This document shows, one piece after another, positions 43,949 to 51,838 of a DNA stretch of 64,000 nt. The notes under the pieces are model-generated. The model saw only the letters and a list, made by a program, of their open reading frames with translations, searched no databases and had not been told where the DNA came from. Within the stretch, counting starts at the first letter, position 1. Each line of letters starts with the position of its first letter. The position numbers were made by a program, and so were the translations under genes. Origin of the DNA: an archaeon (GTDB lineage Archaea > Nanobdellota > Nanobdellia > Pacearchaeales > DTIR01); contig JAZDNM010000003.1 of assembly GCA_043799715.1 (NCBI GenBank), forward strand, positions 28,903 through 92,902, given 5' to 3'.

Positions 43949-45142
43949 TTATGTTACAATTTCAATTCCGTCCCTGTGCTTGAGCTTATGCTCCTTGCCG
44001 ACAGCAAGCTTTGTCTTGGCATCTATCGCCCTTATGAATTTCTTTCCCAAGTCTGTATGCACAGCATATGCAAAATCAAGTGCAGTAGAGCCGTTTGGCA
44101 GCAGGAAACAGTCAGGAAGAATATTCCCCTTGCTGTCAGCAAGCTTTGTTGCGCCTGCAGGGAAAATAGCGATATAATCCAAAAGCTGGAATACAGTTTT
44201 GTTCAGGATTTCCTGCACTCCTGTTGAGCTGTTTGCATCGAGAATATTATTTTTTATGAACTCAAGAGCTTTTTGCTGTTTTTCGCTGATTGTTCCCTTA
44301 ATTTTAAAGCTGCTGTCTCCTGGAACATAATCAATAAGATTATCCCTTGCAGCCTCTCTTAATGCAAGCTCTGCTTCTGCAGAGCAGGGAATTATAATCT
44401 TGTCAGGGAATTTTTCCTTTATTTTTTTCAGGTTCTCAACTGCCATCGCAGTATCACATTTGTTTGCCGCGATTATCATCGGCTTGCTCAATGCCCTGAG
44501 CTCATGCGCAAATCTTGCAATATTCTCTTCACTCCATGAAGTCAATCTCTCAGAGAAATTCACTTTTGAAAAAACTGTTTTCACTAAATTCTCGCTGATT
44601 TTGAGCCCTGAAAACTGCTTTGCTATTGCCTGAACTGCATTCTGGTGCTGCATGTCAACAGTTCTTGAAAACGCTTTCCAAACCTTGTTCAATATTCCGA
44701 GAAACCATAAGTCAAGCTCTTCTTCAAGGAAGATTATGTCATTGACAGGATTATATCCCTGGGTTTTCTTGCCTTCAACATCTGTTGTTCCGCTTAAATC
44801 AACAATCTGTATGAATGCATCTGCCTGCCTTAAGTCATCAAGGAACTGGTTGCCAAGCCCTTTTCCCTTGCTTGCCCCCGGGACAAGCCCTGCCACATCC
44901 ATAAGCTCAACAGCAACGAATCTCTTGTGATTGATGCAGAATCCTATTCTCGGCATGCACTGAACTCCAAGTTCCTTGTCTATGCAGTCAACTTTCACAT
45001 ATCCCATTCCGTGATTTGGCTTTATTGTTGCAAACGGGTAATCTGCTATCAGCACTTCAGCGAGGGTTGCTGCCTTGAAAAAAGTGCTTTTTCCTACATT
45101 CGGTTTTCCCACAAGTCCAATTAACATAAATCTGCGAGACAA
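43949..45142 (-). CDS. Obg-like GTPase/ATPase (YchF/OLA1-DRG group) with a C-terminal TGS domain
   Basis: It has G1 GKPNVGKST, G3 DVAGLV, G4 NKCD and LGNQFLDDLRQADA. Confidence 0.75.
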   Translation of the reverse strand: MSRRFMLIGLVGKPNVGKSTFFKAATLAEVLIADYPFATIKPNHGMGYVKVDCIDKELGVQCMPRIGFCINHKRFVAVELMDVAGLVPGASKGKGLGNQFLDDLRQADAFIQIVDLSGTTDVEGKKTQGYNPVNDIIFLEEELDLWFLGILNKVWKAFSRTVDMQHQNAVQAIAKQFSGLKISENLVKTVFSKVNFSERLTSWSEENIARFAHELRALSKPMIIAANKCDTAMAVENLKKIKEKFPDKIIIPCSAEAELALREAARDNLIDYVPGDSSFKIKGTISEKQQKALEFIKNNILDANSSTGVQEILNKTVFQLLDYIAIFPAGATKLADSKGNILPDCFLLPNGSTALDFAYAVHTDLGKKFIRAIDAKTKLAVGKEHKLKHRDGIEIVT

Positions 45143-45180
45143 GAAAGTTTTAAATATCTTTTTAGTATCCCTGTTCCAAT

Positions 45181-45321
45181 GGGCCTGTAGCTCAGCCAGG
45201 TTTAGAGCGCCTGTCTTATACGACGGTAAGAGGATACTCTTATCAATTGGATAAAGTAATCTTTATCAGAAAGTTGCTCTAAGCAAGCAGGTGGCCCGAG
45301 GTTCGAATCCTCGCAGGCCCA
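45181..45321 (+). tRNA. tRNA-Ile (TAT) with an intron of about 65 nt at 37/38
   Basis: The acceptor is GGGCCTG/CAGGCCC, the anticodon stem CCTGT/GCAGG and the loop CTTATA. A bulge-helix-bulge can be drawn, with C32-A35 pairing to intron TAAG and bulges TA|C and CA|A. The anticodon call depends on this intron placement. Confidence 0.7.
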
Positions 45322-45373
45322 TTATTCTCTTTTAGAGTTAGATTTAAATACAATTTTTTTCTCTCTATCAGGT

Positions 45374-45491
45374 GCCCCTTTAGTCTAGAGGCCCAGGATA
45401 GAGCCCTTTCGATGAGCTTTCTCTTTAGGAAAGAGAAATTAAAAAGTTCAATAGAAAGGCTTTGACACGGGTTCGAATCCCGTAGGGGGCA
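45374..45491 (+). tRNA. tRNA-Glu (TTC) with an intron of about 45 nt at 37/38
   Basis: The acceptor is GCCCCTT/AGGGGGC, the anticodon stem GAGCC/GGCTT and the loop CTTTCG. The T arm is ACGGG-TTCGAAT-CCCGT. The intron (about 45412-45456) contains R2 blocks. Confidence 0.8.
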
Positions 45492-45493
45492 TA

Positions 45494-45754
45494 TCAGTAT
45501 TTCCATTCAGAGTGCCCGAATTGGACAATCATGTCAAAATTAAGATTTTCAAGATGCAGGGGCAGGTCGCATGCGCCAAAGCATGAGCCAAGCCAGATAA
45601 AGCATTTTGCGCCTGTTTTTTTCTCAATCTTTTCTGCAATCTCTGTTGCATCCTGCTTCAATCCGTCAGGAAACTGAAGGCAGACAAGCTTTGCCCTGCT
45701 TTTCTCAATCTTTTCTGCAATCCTGTCTGTTTCAGGCTCATACATTGTTTTCAT
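45494..45754 (-). pseudogene. dph2: N-terminal fragment (86 aa) of diphthamide synthase Dph2
   Basis: KLVCLQFPDGLKQDATEIAEKIEKKTGAKCFIWLGSCFGACDLP...MIVQFGHS matches the first ~85 aa of archaeal Dph2 (about 330 aa). The ORF stops 2 nt from the 3' end of tRNA-Glu, and no continuation exists downstream. Confidence 0.55.
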
Positions 45755-45842
45755 TTCAGCAGAATGAATGGACGGTTTAAATATTTGATTGGCTTGTTTC
45801 AGGTGTAGGAAGTTTTTTAAATTTCAATCTGCTGCTCGAATT

Positions 45843-46010
45843 ATGAATTGCTCAATCTGCAGTGCTGAACTTAAAGAAACCTTTCTTGGAAAAATTGATG
45901 GTGCAATTGTCAAGGTTAATGAACAGGGCAAAAATAAGATTGTTTATTTCTGCCCTGAATGCCAGAAAAAAGAAAAAAATCTCAAGGAGAAAGCAGGAAA
46001 AATAAAATGA
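45843..46010 (+). CDS. Small zinc-ribbon protein
   Basis: It has CSIC...CPEC. Its stop overlaps the dut start. Confidence 0.4.
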   Translation: MNCSICSAELKETFLGKIDGAIVKVNEQGKNKIVYFCPECQKKEKNLKEKAGKIK

Positions 46011-46480
46011 AAGGGAAAATACTGAAAGTCATGAAGCTTTCCAAGGATGCTGAACTGCCTGAGTATGCCACAGAAACAGATGTGGGATTTGACTTGAGAG
46101 CTTCAGAAAGCATGGATATTGAGGCAGGCGAACAGAAAACAATAAAGACAGGAATAGCGATTGAGATTCCTGAAGGGCATGTCGGCCTGGTAAGGGATAG
46201 GGCAGGGATAACAACAAGAATGAGCTTGCATACAGCCGCAGGAACATTTGACCCTGCATATAGAGGAGAGGTTTCAATTGTCATGATGAATTACGGGGAT
46301 GAGACAGCATGCATTGAAAAAGGCATGAGGATAGCCCAGATGCTTGTCCTGCCTGTTGCAAAAGTCAAAATTCAGGAATCCAAGAAGCTTACAAAAACAG
46401 CAAGGGGCAGCAGAGGTTTTGGCTCTACAGGAAACAAGGAGATTCTTGAAATAGAAAAAGAGCTTAACAAGGATGCTTAG
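46007..46480 (+). CDS. dut: dUTP diphosphatase (trimeric dUTPase)
   Basis: It has the motifs GFDLRA, GLVRDRAG, GTFDPAYRGE and RGSRGFGSTG. Confidence 0.9.
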   Translation: MKGKILKVMKLSKDAELPEYATETDVGFDLRASESMDIEAGEQKTIKTGIAIEIPEGHVGLVRDRAGITTRMSLHTAAGTFDPAYRGEVSIVMMNYGDETACIEKGMRIAQMLVLPVAKVKIQESKKLTKTARGSRGFGSTGNKEILEIEKELNKDA

Positions 46481-46516
46481 AAAAACTTAAAATCCATGAT
46501 TTCTATTTTAGGATAT

Positions 46517-46650
46517 GCCTCCGTAGCTCAGCTGGCAGAGCACGGCTTTCGTAAAGCTTTTCTTTGCTAAAGAAAACCTTGGAAAAGAAAAGTCTGTAGG
46601 AAACTACTTGAAAAAAGCTGGGGTCGCAGGTTCAAATCCTGCCGGAGGCT
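46517..46650 (+). tRNA. tRNA-Thr (CGT) with an intron of about 61 nt at 37/38
   Basis: The acceptor is GCCTCCG/CGGAGGC, the anticodon stem CGGCT/AGCTG and the loop TTCGTA. The T arm is GCAGG-TTCAAAT-CCTGC. The intron (about 46554-46614) is homologous to the tRNA-Trp intron. Confidence 0.85.
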
Positions 46651-46662
46651 TTTATTCTTTTC

Positions 46663-46872
46663 TTATTCCCTTCTATCGCTCCTTTTGGCAGTTCTCCTGT
46701 CTGCGGATGTTACTCTCCTTTCAAGCCTGCTCGCGGCTTCCCTTAATCCCTTTTTAGGCATATTTTTGCTTGCTGTATAAGCCCCATAGTTCATGCCCTT
46801 GTATTTTAAAGTGATATAATCCCCGCTGAATTCAACTATAATCCCCTCAGGCAGCCAGTTGAAATCTCCCAT
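46663..46872 (-). CDS. Hypothetical small protein with a basic C-terminus
   Basis: It is a 69-aa ORF with no recognisable motif. Confidence 0.35.
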   Translation of the reverse strand: MGDFNWLPEGIIVEFSGDYITLKYKGMNYGAYTASKNMPKKGLREAASRLERRVTSADRRTAKRSDRRE

Positions 46873-46964
46873 GTTTTTCTGGATAAATTCAGGTTTAAAA
46901 ATTTATCCTGTTTTTCCCACAACATTTATAAATTGAGTAATTTGGTTATTCCTGATATCATAAA

Positions 46965-47081
46965 ATGAAACGCTCATCGAGAAGGTGGAAAAAGAAAGGG
47001 CAAATGCGCTGGAAATGGCAGCGCAAGAGGCTTAGGCGAGAGAAGCATAAGAGAAAGCAAAAAAGGCAGGCTGCAAAGTAA
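46965..47081 (+). CDS. Ribosomal protein eL41-like (38 aa, extremely basic)
   Basis: MKRSSRRWKKKGQMRWKWQRKRLRREKHKRKQKRQAAK resembles archaeal L41e sequences (RKWKKKGRMRWKW...RLKR pattern, recalled from memory). A TATA-like catttataaatt lies about 35 nt upstream. It is below the ORF-track cutoff. Confidence 0.5.
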   Translation: MKRSSRRWKKKGQMRWKWQRKRLRREKHKRKQKRQAAK

Positions 47082-47179
47082 GCGTCTTATTTCTGGGATT
47101 TACTTATCTGTTTGTATTCTTACAGAGCTCAAAAAGCAAAATTTTAAATATCCCCCTGCTTTGCCAATTAAAGGAGGGG

Positions 47180-47713
47180 ATGATTATGCCAAAAGAGGGA
47201 AATCTGATTGTTACTTTTGAGCCTACGCATCAGGATTCTGCGTTAAAGGAGATTTCTATGCTGCTTTCAGAAGTGAAAGACAAGGGTGATATCATCAAGG
47301 CAGAGGAGGGTGTTGCAGAGCTTATTGTCAAGGATGCAAAAAAAGCAGTGAGGGAGCTGTCAATGCTTTCAAAAAAGAGCCCTGATAAATTTGCATTTAC
47401 GTCGCATTGGATTCCTGTTGAGAAGTGGTGCAAAAATGCTGTTGCTGACATGCAGAAGGAGATAAAAAGCCTTGCCTTAGGAATAAAGAAAAATGAAAAG
47501 TGGAAAATGGACCTCAAAATAAGAAAACTGAAAGAGAGGCCTGATGAAATCAAGCTGATAACAAAGCTCACAGAGGTTGTTGACAATCAGAATGTTGATT
47601 TAGGCAATCCTGATAAGATTATCAAGATTGAGATAATCGGCAGCAAGGCAGGATTGGCTTTGCTGGACAAGGGCGAATTTCTGAACCTTTCAAAGCTTAA
47701 GCAGAAGGGCTGA
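47180..47713 (+). CDS. Hypothetical protein, possibly THUMP-like RNA-binding
   Basis: Its size and alpha/beta pattern fit. GGAGGGG lies upstream of the ATG. The family call is weak. Confidence 0.4.
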   Translation: MIMPKEGNLIVTFEPTHQDSALKEISMLLSEVKDKGDIIKAEEGVAELIVKDAKKAVRELSMLSKKSPDKFAFTSHWIPVEKWCKNAVADMQKEIKSLALGIKKNEKWKMDLKIRKLKERPDEIKLITKLTEVVDNQNVDLGNPDKIIKIEIIGSKAGLALLDKGEFLNLSKLKQKG

Positions 47714-47821
47714 ACTTTTTTATCCTGTTCCCTGTGAATTTTCTCAGTTGGAGCTGCAACTGCGGAAACTATATCATAAAAATACAGCAATCTTTATAAA
47801 ACTCCTGATATAAAGAGAAGC

Positions 47822-48799
47822 ATGCCAGAAAAGGATTTTTCTTATGGTGAGATGTGGACTGAGAAATACAGGCCAAAGGACTTTCAGGGAATAGTCGGGC
47901 AGGAAGAGATTGTCAAAAGAGTCAAAGCTCTAACCAATTCACAAAACATCCCTCATTTGCTTTTTGCAGGCCCTGCAGGAACAGGAAAGTCATCGCTTTC
48001 TCTTATAATTGTCAAGGAGTTGTTTGGAAAGAACTGGCGCGAAAATTATCTCGAGCTTAATGCCAGCGATGAAAGAGGGATAGATGTTGTGAGGCAGAAA
48101 GTCAAGGATTTTGCAAGGACAAAAGCCCTGGGTGATGTCCCGTTCAAGATAATCTTCCTTGATGAGGCTGACGCGCTGACAAGAGAGGCGCAACAGGCAT
48201 TGAGAAGAACAATGGAGAATTTTACATCAACATGCAGGTTCATAATGTCATGCAACTACAGCAGCAAGATAATAGACCCTATCCAAAGCAGGTGCGTTGT
48301 TTTCAGGTTCAGGCTTCTTGAGAAAAAGGATATAGAGAAGATAATAAAGAGAATCACAGAGGAAGAAAAAATTGAGATTGACAGCGGCGCAATGGAAATC
48401 CTGTATGAGGTTTCAGAAGGCGATTGCAGAAGAATGATAAACTTATTGCAGGCAACTGCATCAATAAGCCAGAGGATAACAAAAGAACTTATTTTCACTC
48501 TTGTTTCCTCGGCAAAGCCGAGTGATATAAAGATTATTCTGGAATACGCGCTTGCAGGCGACTTTCTGAAGGCAAAGGACAAGCTTCTTGATGTAATGCT
48601 AAAGGAAAGCATATCAGGGCAGGATATCATCAAGGCAATTCAGAGGGAAATATGGAACCTGCATATAGAGCCTGAGATAAAAGTCAGACTTACAGAGAAG
48701 ACAGGGGAGGCAGAATTCAGGATTGTTGAGGGAAGCGACGAGTTTATCCAATTGGAAGCCCTGCTCGCCTCGTTTGTGCTTGCTGGGAAAAAGCAATAA
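47822..48799 (+). CDS. rfcS: Replication factor C small subunit
   Basis: It has WTEKYRPK, GPAGTGKSS, FLDEADALT and the SRC motif (IQSRC). Confidence 0.9.
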   Translation: MPEKDFSYGEMWTEKYRPKDFQGIVGQEEIVKRVKALTNSQNIPHLLFAGPAGTGKSSLSLIIVKELFGKNWRENYLELNASDERGIDVVRQKVKDFARTKALGDVPFKIIFLDEADALTREAQQALRRTMENFTSTCRFIMSCNYSSKIIDPIQSRCVVFRFRLLEKKDIEKIIKRITEEEKIEIDSGAMEILYEVSEGDCRRMINLLQATASISQRITKELIFTLVSSAKPSDIKIILEYALAGDFLKAKDKLLDVMLKESISGQDIIKAIQREIWNLHIEPEIKVRLTEKTGEAEFRIVEGSDEFIQLEALLASFVLAGKKQ

Positions 48800-48812
48800 C
48801 TGCCTTTTGAAT

Positions 48813-49334
48813 ATGGACATAACTGAGAAAATTAATTCATCAAAGATTGTTGCAGAGGCATACCTGCTTGCTTTTAATGCGCATTCAGGACAAAAAAGAA
48901 AATCAGGCGAAAATTATTTTATGCATCCTCTTCAGGTTGCAGTAATTGCAATTGACAATAATGCAGATGATGCAATTGTTGCAGCTTCATTGCTGCATGA
49001 TGTTGTTGAGGATACAGTCATAACACTGGATGAAATAAGAAGCAAATTTGGAGAGGAAGTTTGCTTTTTGGTGGATGGTGTTACAAAAGAAAAATCTGAT
49101 GAAGGCACTTTCAACAAAATCAGAATGTACTCCCAAAAAGACAAAAGAGTTTTGTTTGTGAAGCTTGCAGACCGGATTCATAATATGCAGACACCTATTG
49201 ACTCTGATGAGTGGAAGAAAAAATACTGCAGCTCAACAAAGGAGTTTTATATCCCTATGGCAAGGGAATACGGCTTTGAAAATTTTGCTGACAGACTGGA
49301 AAACTTGCTGGGCAAACTGAAAAATGCAGAATAA
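48813..49334 (+). CDS. SpoT/RelA-type HD-domain protein (small alarmone hydrolase-like)
   Basis: HSGQKRKSGENYFMHPLQVAVI...LLHDVVEDT...FGEEVCFLVDGVTK matches the (p)ppGpp hydrolase HD domain. It has no synthetase domain. The ATG at 48813 is preferred. Confidence 0.75.
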   Translation: MDITEKINSSKIVAEAYLLAFNAHSGQKRKSGENYFMHPLQVAVIAIDNNADDAIVAASLLHDVVEDTVITLDEIRSKFGEEVCFLVDGVTKEKSDEGTFNKIRMYSQKDKRVLFVKLADRIHNMQTPIDSDEWKKKYCSSTKEFYIPMAREYGFENFADRLENLLGKLKNAE

Positions 49335-50514
49335 AAGCGAAACTTGGGCAGAGAAGTACAGGGCATTTTCCCTGGATGATTTTAAAGGGCAGGATGATGC
49401 TATTTTCATGCTGAAAAAATTCATAATAAATTTCAGGCATGGCAAGCATGCAGCCCTGATTTACGGCGCAAGCGGGACAGGAAAAACCTCAATGGTTTAT
49501 GCCCTTGCAAGGAATTTGGGGTTTGAAGTTATTGAGCTTAATGCAAGCAGCATGAGAAGCAGGGAGCAGATAGAATCCATATTAAACCCCGCATCATCGC
49601 AGGCAAGCCTTTTTGCCAAATCCAAAGTAATTCTTATTGACGAGATTGACGGCATTTCAGGAAAGGACAGGGGGGGCATAGATGCAATTGTCGGGCTTAT
49701 TGAGACAACAAAATATCCTATATTCATAACAACAAATGATGCGTGGCAGCAGAAGCTCAATCCCCTTAGGCATAAAACAGAGATGATAGAATTTAAGCAG
49801 ATAAATTATAATGCCCTTGCTTTCATCCTTGATGTTATATGCAGGAAAGAGGGCTTGTGCATTAATCCCGAGCTTCTCAAGAGCATTGCTGTCAAGTGCA
49901 GGGGCGATGTCAGGGCTGCGATAAATGACCTGCAGTCAATATCTCAAAGCACTGAAATTGACACCTCATGCATTTACGAAAGGGAAAAGGACGAGAGCAT
50001 ATTCAATGCAATGAAAAAAGTGTTCAAGGCGGTTAAGATTGACATGTCAGTTATAGAAGCTTTTGACTCGGTCAATGTCCCTATTGATGATATTTTCCTG
50101 TGGATAGAGGAAAACATTCCTGCAGAATATTCAGGCAGCGATTTGGCTAATGCATATGATGCCCTGAGCATTGCTGATGTTTTCCGCGGCAGGATTCACA
50201 GGCAGCAGCACTGGAGATTTCTGATTTATGAGAATGCTTTTTTGACTGCAGGCATCGCTGCTGCAAAGAAGCAGGCAAAACTTGAATTCACGCCTTACAA
50301 AAGGCCTTCAAGAATTCTTAAGATATGGATGGCAAAGCAGAGAAATGCAGTCAAGAAATCAATTGCAGCAAAGCTTGCCTCGGCAACACATACTTCACTT
50401 AAAAGGGCGCTGAAGGACTTTTATTTTTACAGGATAATACTGCAGAAAGGCAAGATATACGCTGACAATCTTAAACTAAGCGACAGGGAGATGGAATTTA
50501 TTCTTGAGAAATAG
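49324..50514 (+). CDS. rfcL: Replication factor C large subunit
   Basis: It has WAEKYR and YGASGTGKTS. Its AAA+ architecture and position support the call. It overlaps the HD gene by 11 nt. Confidence 0.8.
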   Translation: MQNKSETWAEKYRAFSLDDFKGQDDAIFMLKKFIINFRHGKHAALIYGASGTGKTSMVYALARNLGFEVIELNASSMRSREQIESILNPASSQASLFAKSKVILIDEIDGISGKDRGGIDAIVGLIETTKYPIFITTNDAWQQKLNPLRHKTEMIEFKQINYNALAFILDVICRKEGLCINPELLKSIAVKCRGDVRAAINDLQSISQSTEIDTSCIYEREKDESIFNAMKKVFKAVKIDMSVIEAFDSVNVPIDDIFLWIEENIPAEYSGSDLANAYDALSIADVFRGRIHRQQHWRFLIYENAFLTAGIAAAKKQAKLEFTPYKRPSRILKIWMAKQRNAVKKSIAAKLASATHTSLKRALKDFYFYRIILQKGKIYADNLKLSDREMEFILEK

Positions 50515-50577
50515 TGAAGGAGAAGATTTATAAATTCCTCTTTTTGAATTTAAGTATCATACAATCAATGTGCAAAA

Positions 50578-50925
50578 ATGAAAATATCTGAATTACAGGC
50601 AGGACAGGGAAACGTGGATATAGAAGCCGAGGTTGTTGAAGTCAGCGCTCCAAGAGAATTCAACAAGTTCGGCAGGAATCTCTCTGTTGCAACAGCAACA
50701 ATAAAGGATGATAGCGGAACTGTAAAAATGAGCTTGTGGAACCAGGACATAGACAAAGTAAAGGCAGGCAGCAGGATAAAGGTTACAAGCGGATATGTCA
50801 ATGAGTTTCAGGGCGAGAAGCAGTTCACATCAGGCAAGTTCGGAAAGATTGAAGTTCTTGGAGAGGGAAAATCTATACAGGCAGAAGAGAAAAGCGAGAA
50901 TTTTGAAGAAGAAAGGATTGGGTAG
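50578..50925 (+). CDS. OB-fold single-stranded DNA-binding protein with an acidic tail
   Basis: It has the pattern MKISELQAGQGNVDIEAEVVEVS..REF....G....VATATIKDDSGTVKMSLWN and the C-terminus EEKSENFEEE. Confidence 0.55.
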   Translation: MKISELQAGQGNVDIEAEVVEVSAPREFNKFGRNLSVATATIKDDSGTVKMSLWNQDIDKVKAGSRIKVTSGYVNEFQGEKQFTSGKFGKIEVLGEGKSIQAEEKSENFEEERIG

Positions 50926-50946
50926 GAATAAGGATATATCCCAAGA

Positions 50947-51759
50947 TTAAGCCCAGAGTTCCTTTTCTATATACTCTTTCAGGGATTTATTCTCCTTCAT
51001 GATTAGGGAATATTCCAAATCAATGTTCCTGATGTTTTTTACAATGGCAATCTTTGAATGATTTATTTCTTCTTTGCACATTCTTCCCTCTGCCTCAAGA
51101 AACTCACTGAACCCCCTTCTCTCCTCCTCTTCATTCACATTCTCCCCCTGCTTTTTAAGAATAGGCAGATGCACTGTTTCAAACAATCTTTTTCCTATCA
51201 CTTCCTTGCTTGCAAAGTCAACGTGCATGTCAGCTATGTCAACAAGGGTGTCAATTGAAAGATTGTACAGCCATGAAAGCTCGCTGCATTTGTTGTATTT
51301 AATCCTGTTAAAAAAATTGTAAGCTGAAAGCTTTTTGCCGTTATGCTCGACTGAAAAGTTCATGTCAAAGCTGCTGAATATTCTTGATATCTGGCTGATG
51401 AATCCGCTGCTAACCATCAGGCTTTTGAACGGCTTTTTCAGGAGTTCCATATCCTCCTTGCTCATTCCTGCTTCATACATCAGCAATTCTGAAAGTTTTT
51501 CCCCTGACAGAGTCTTCCACTCATTTACTCTTGTGCTTATGCCTGTGTCATATCCATTCATGAAAGATTCATATTCGCTCATGAAAACAAAAGGGTTTCC
51601 CTTTATGATGCCGCTTTCAGATGAATCCACCTTTTTTTTGATATATTCCAAAAAATGCTCAGAGCATTTGCTCAGCGGCTCTTTTTCTATCTCCAGCAAG
51701 TCAAGGCATTCAACAATGCTGTCAATCTTTTTTTCAAGGCAGGAGTCGCTGCTTTTCAT
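50947..51759 (-). CDS. Hypothetical protein
   Basis: It is a 270-aa ORF with coding-like composition and no recognised motif. Confidence 0.4.
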   Translation of the reverse strand: MKSSDSCLEKKIDSIVECLDLLEIEKEPLSKCSEHFLEYIKKKVDSSESGIIKGNPFVFMSEYESFMNGYDTGISTRVNEWKTLSGEKLSELLMYEAGMSKEDMELLKKPFKSLMVSSGFISQISRIFSSFDMNFSVEHNGKKLSAYNFFNRIKYNKCSELSWLYNLSIDTLVDIADMHVDFASKEVIGKRLFETVHLPILKKQGENVNEEEERRGFSEFLEAEGRMCKEEINHSKIAIVKNIRNIDLEYSLIMKENKSLKEYIEKELWA

Positions 51760-51838
51760 GGGATTGAAAGGCAGAGATTATATTTAATCTTTGCTGTTAA
51801 TCAACGCTGAATTGTTACGAGAAAAAAGCTTGTTATGA

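Noticed and set aside
45279-45506. The 75-aa minus-strand ORF across the tRNA-Ile/tRNA-Glu region
   Set aside because: It is antisense to two well-folding tRNA genes, so it is spurious.
22981-46650. R1 and R2 repeats as a CRISPR array
   Set aside because: The copies are kilobases apart, not regularly spaced, and differ in context (tRNA introns, operon spacers). No cas genes are present.
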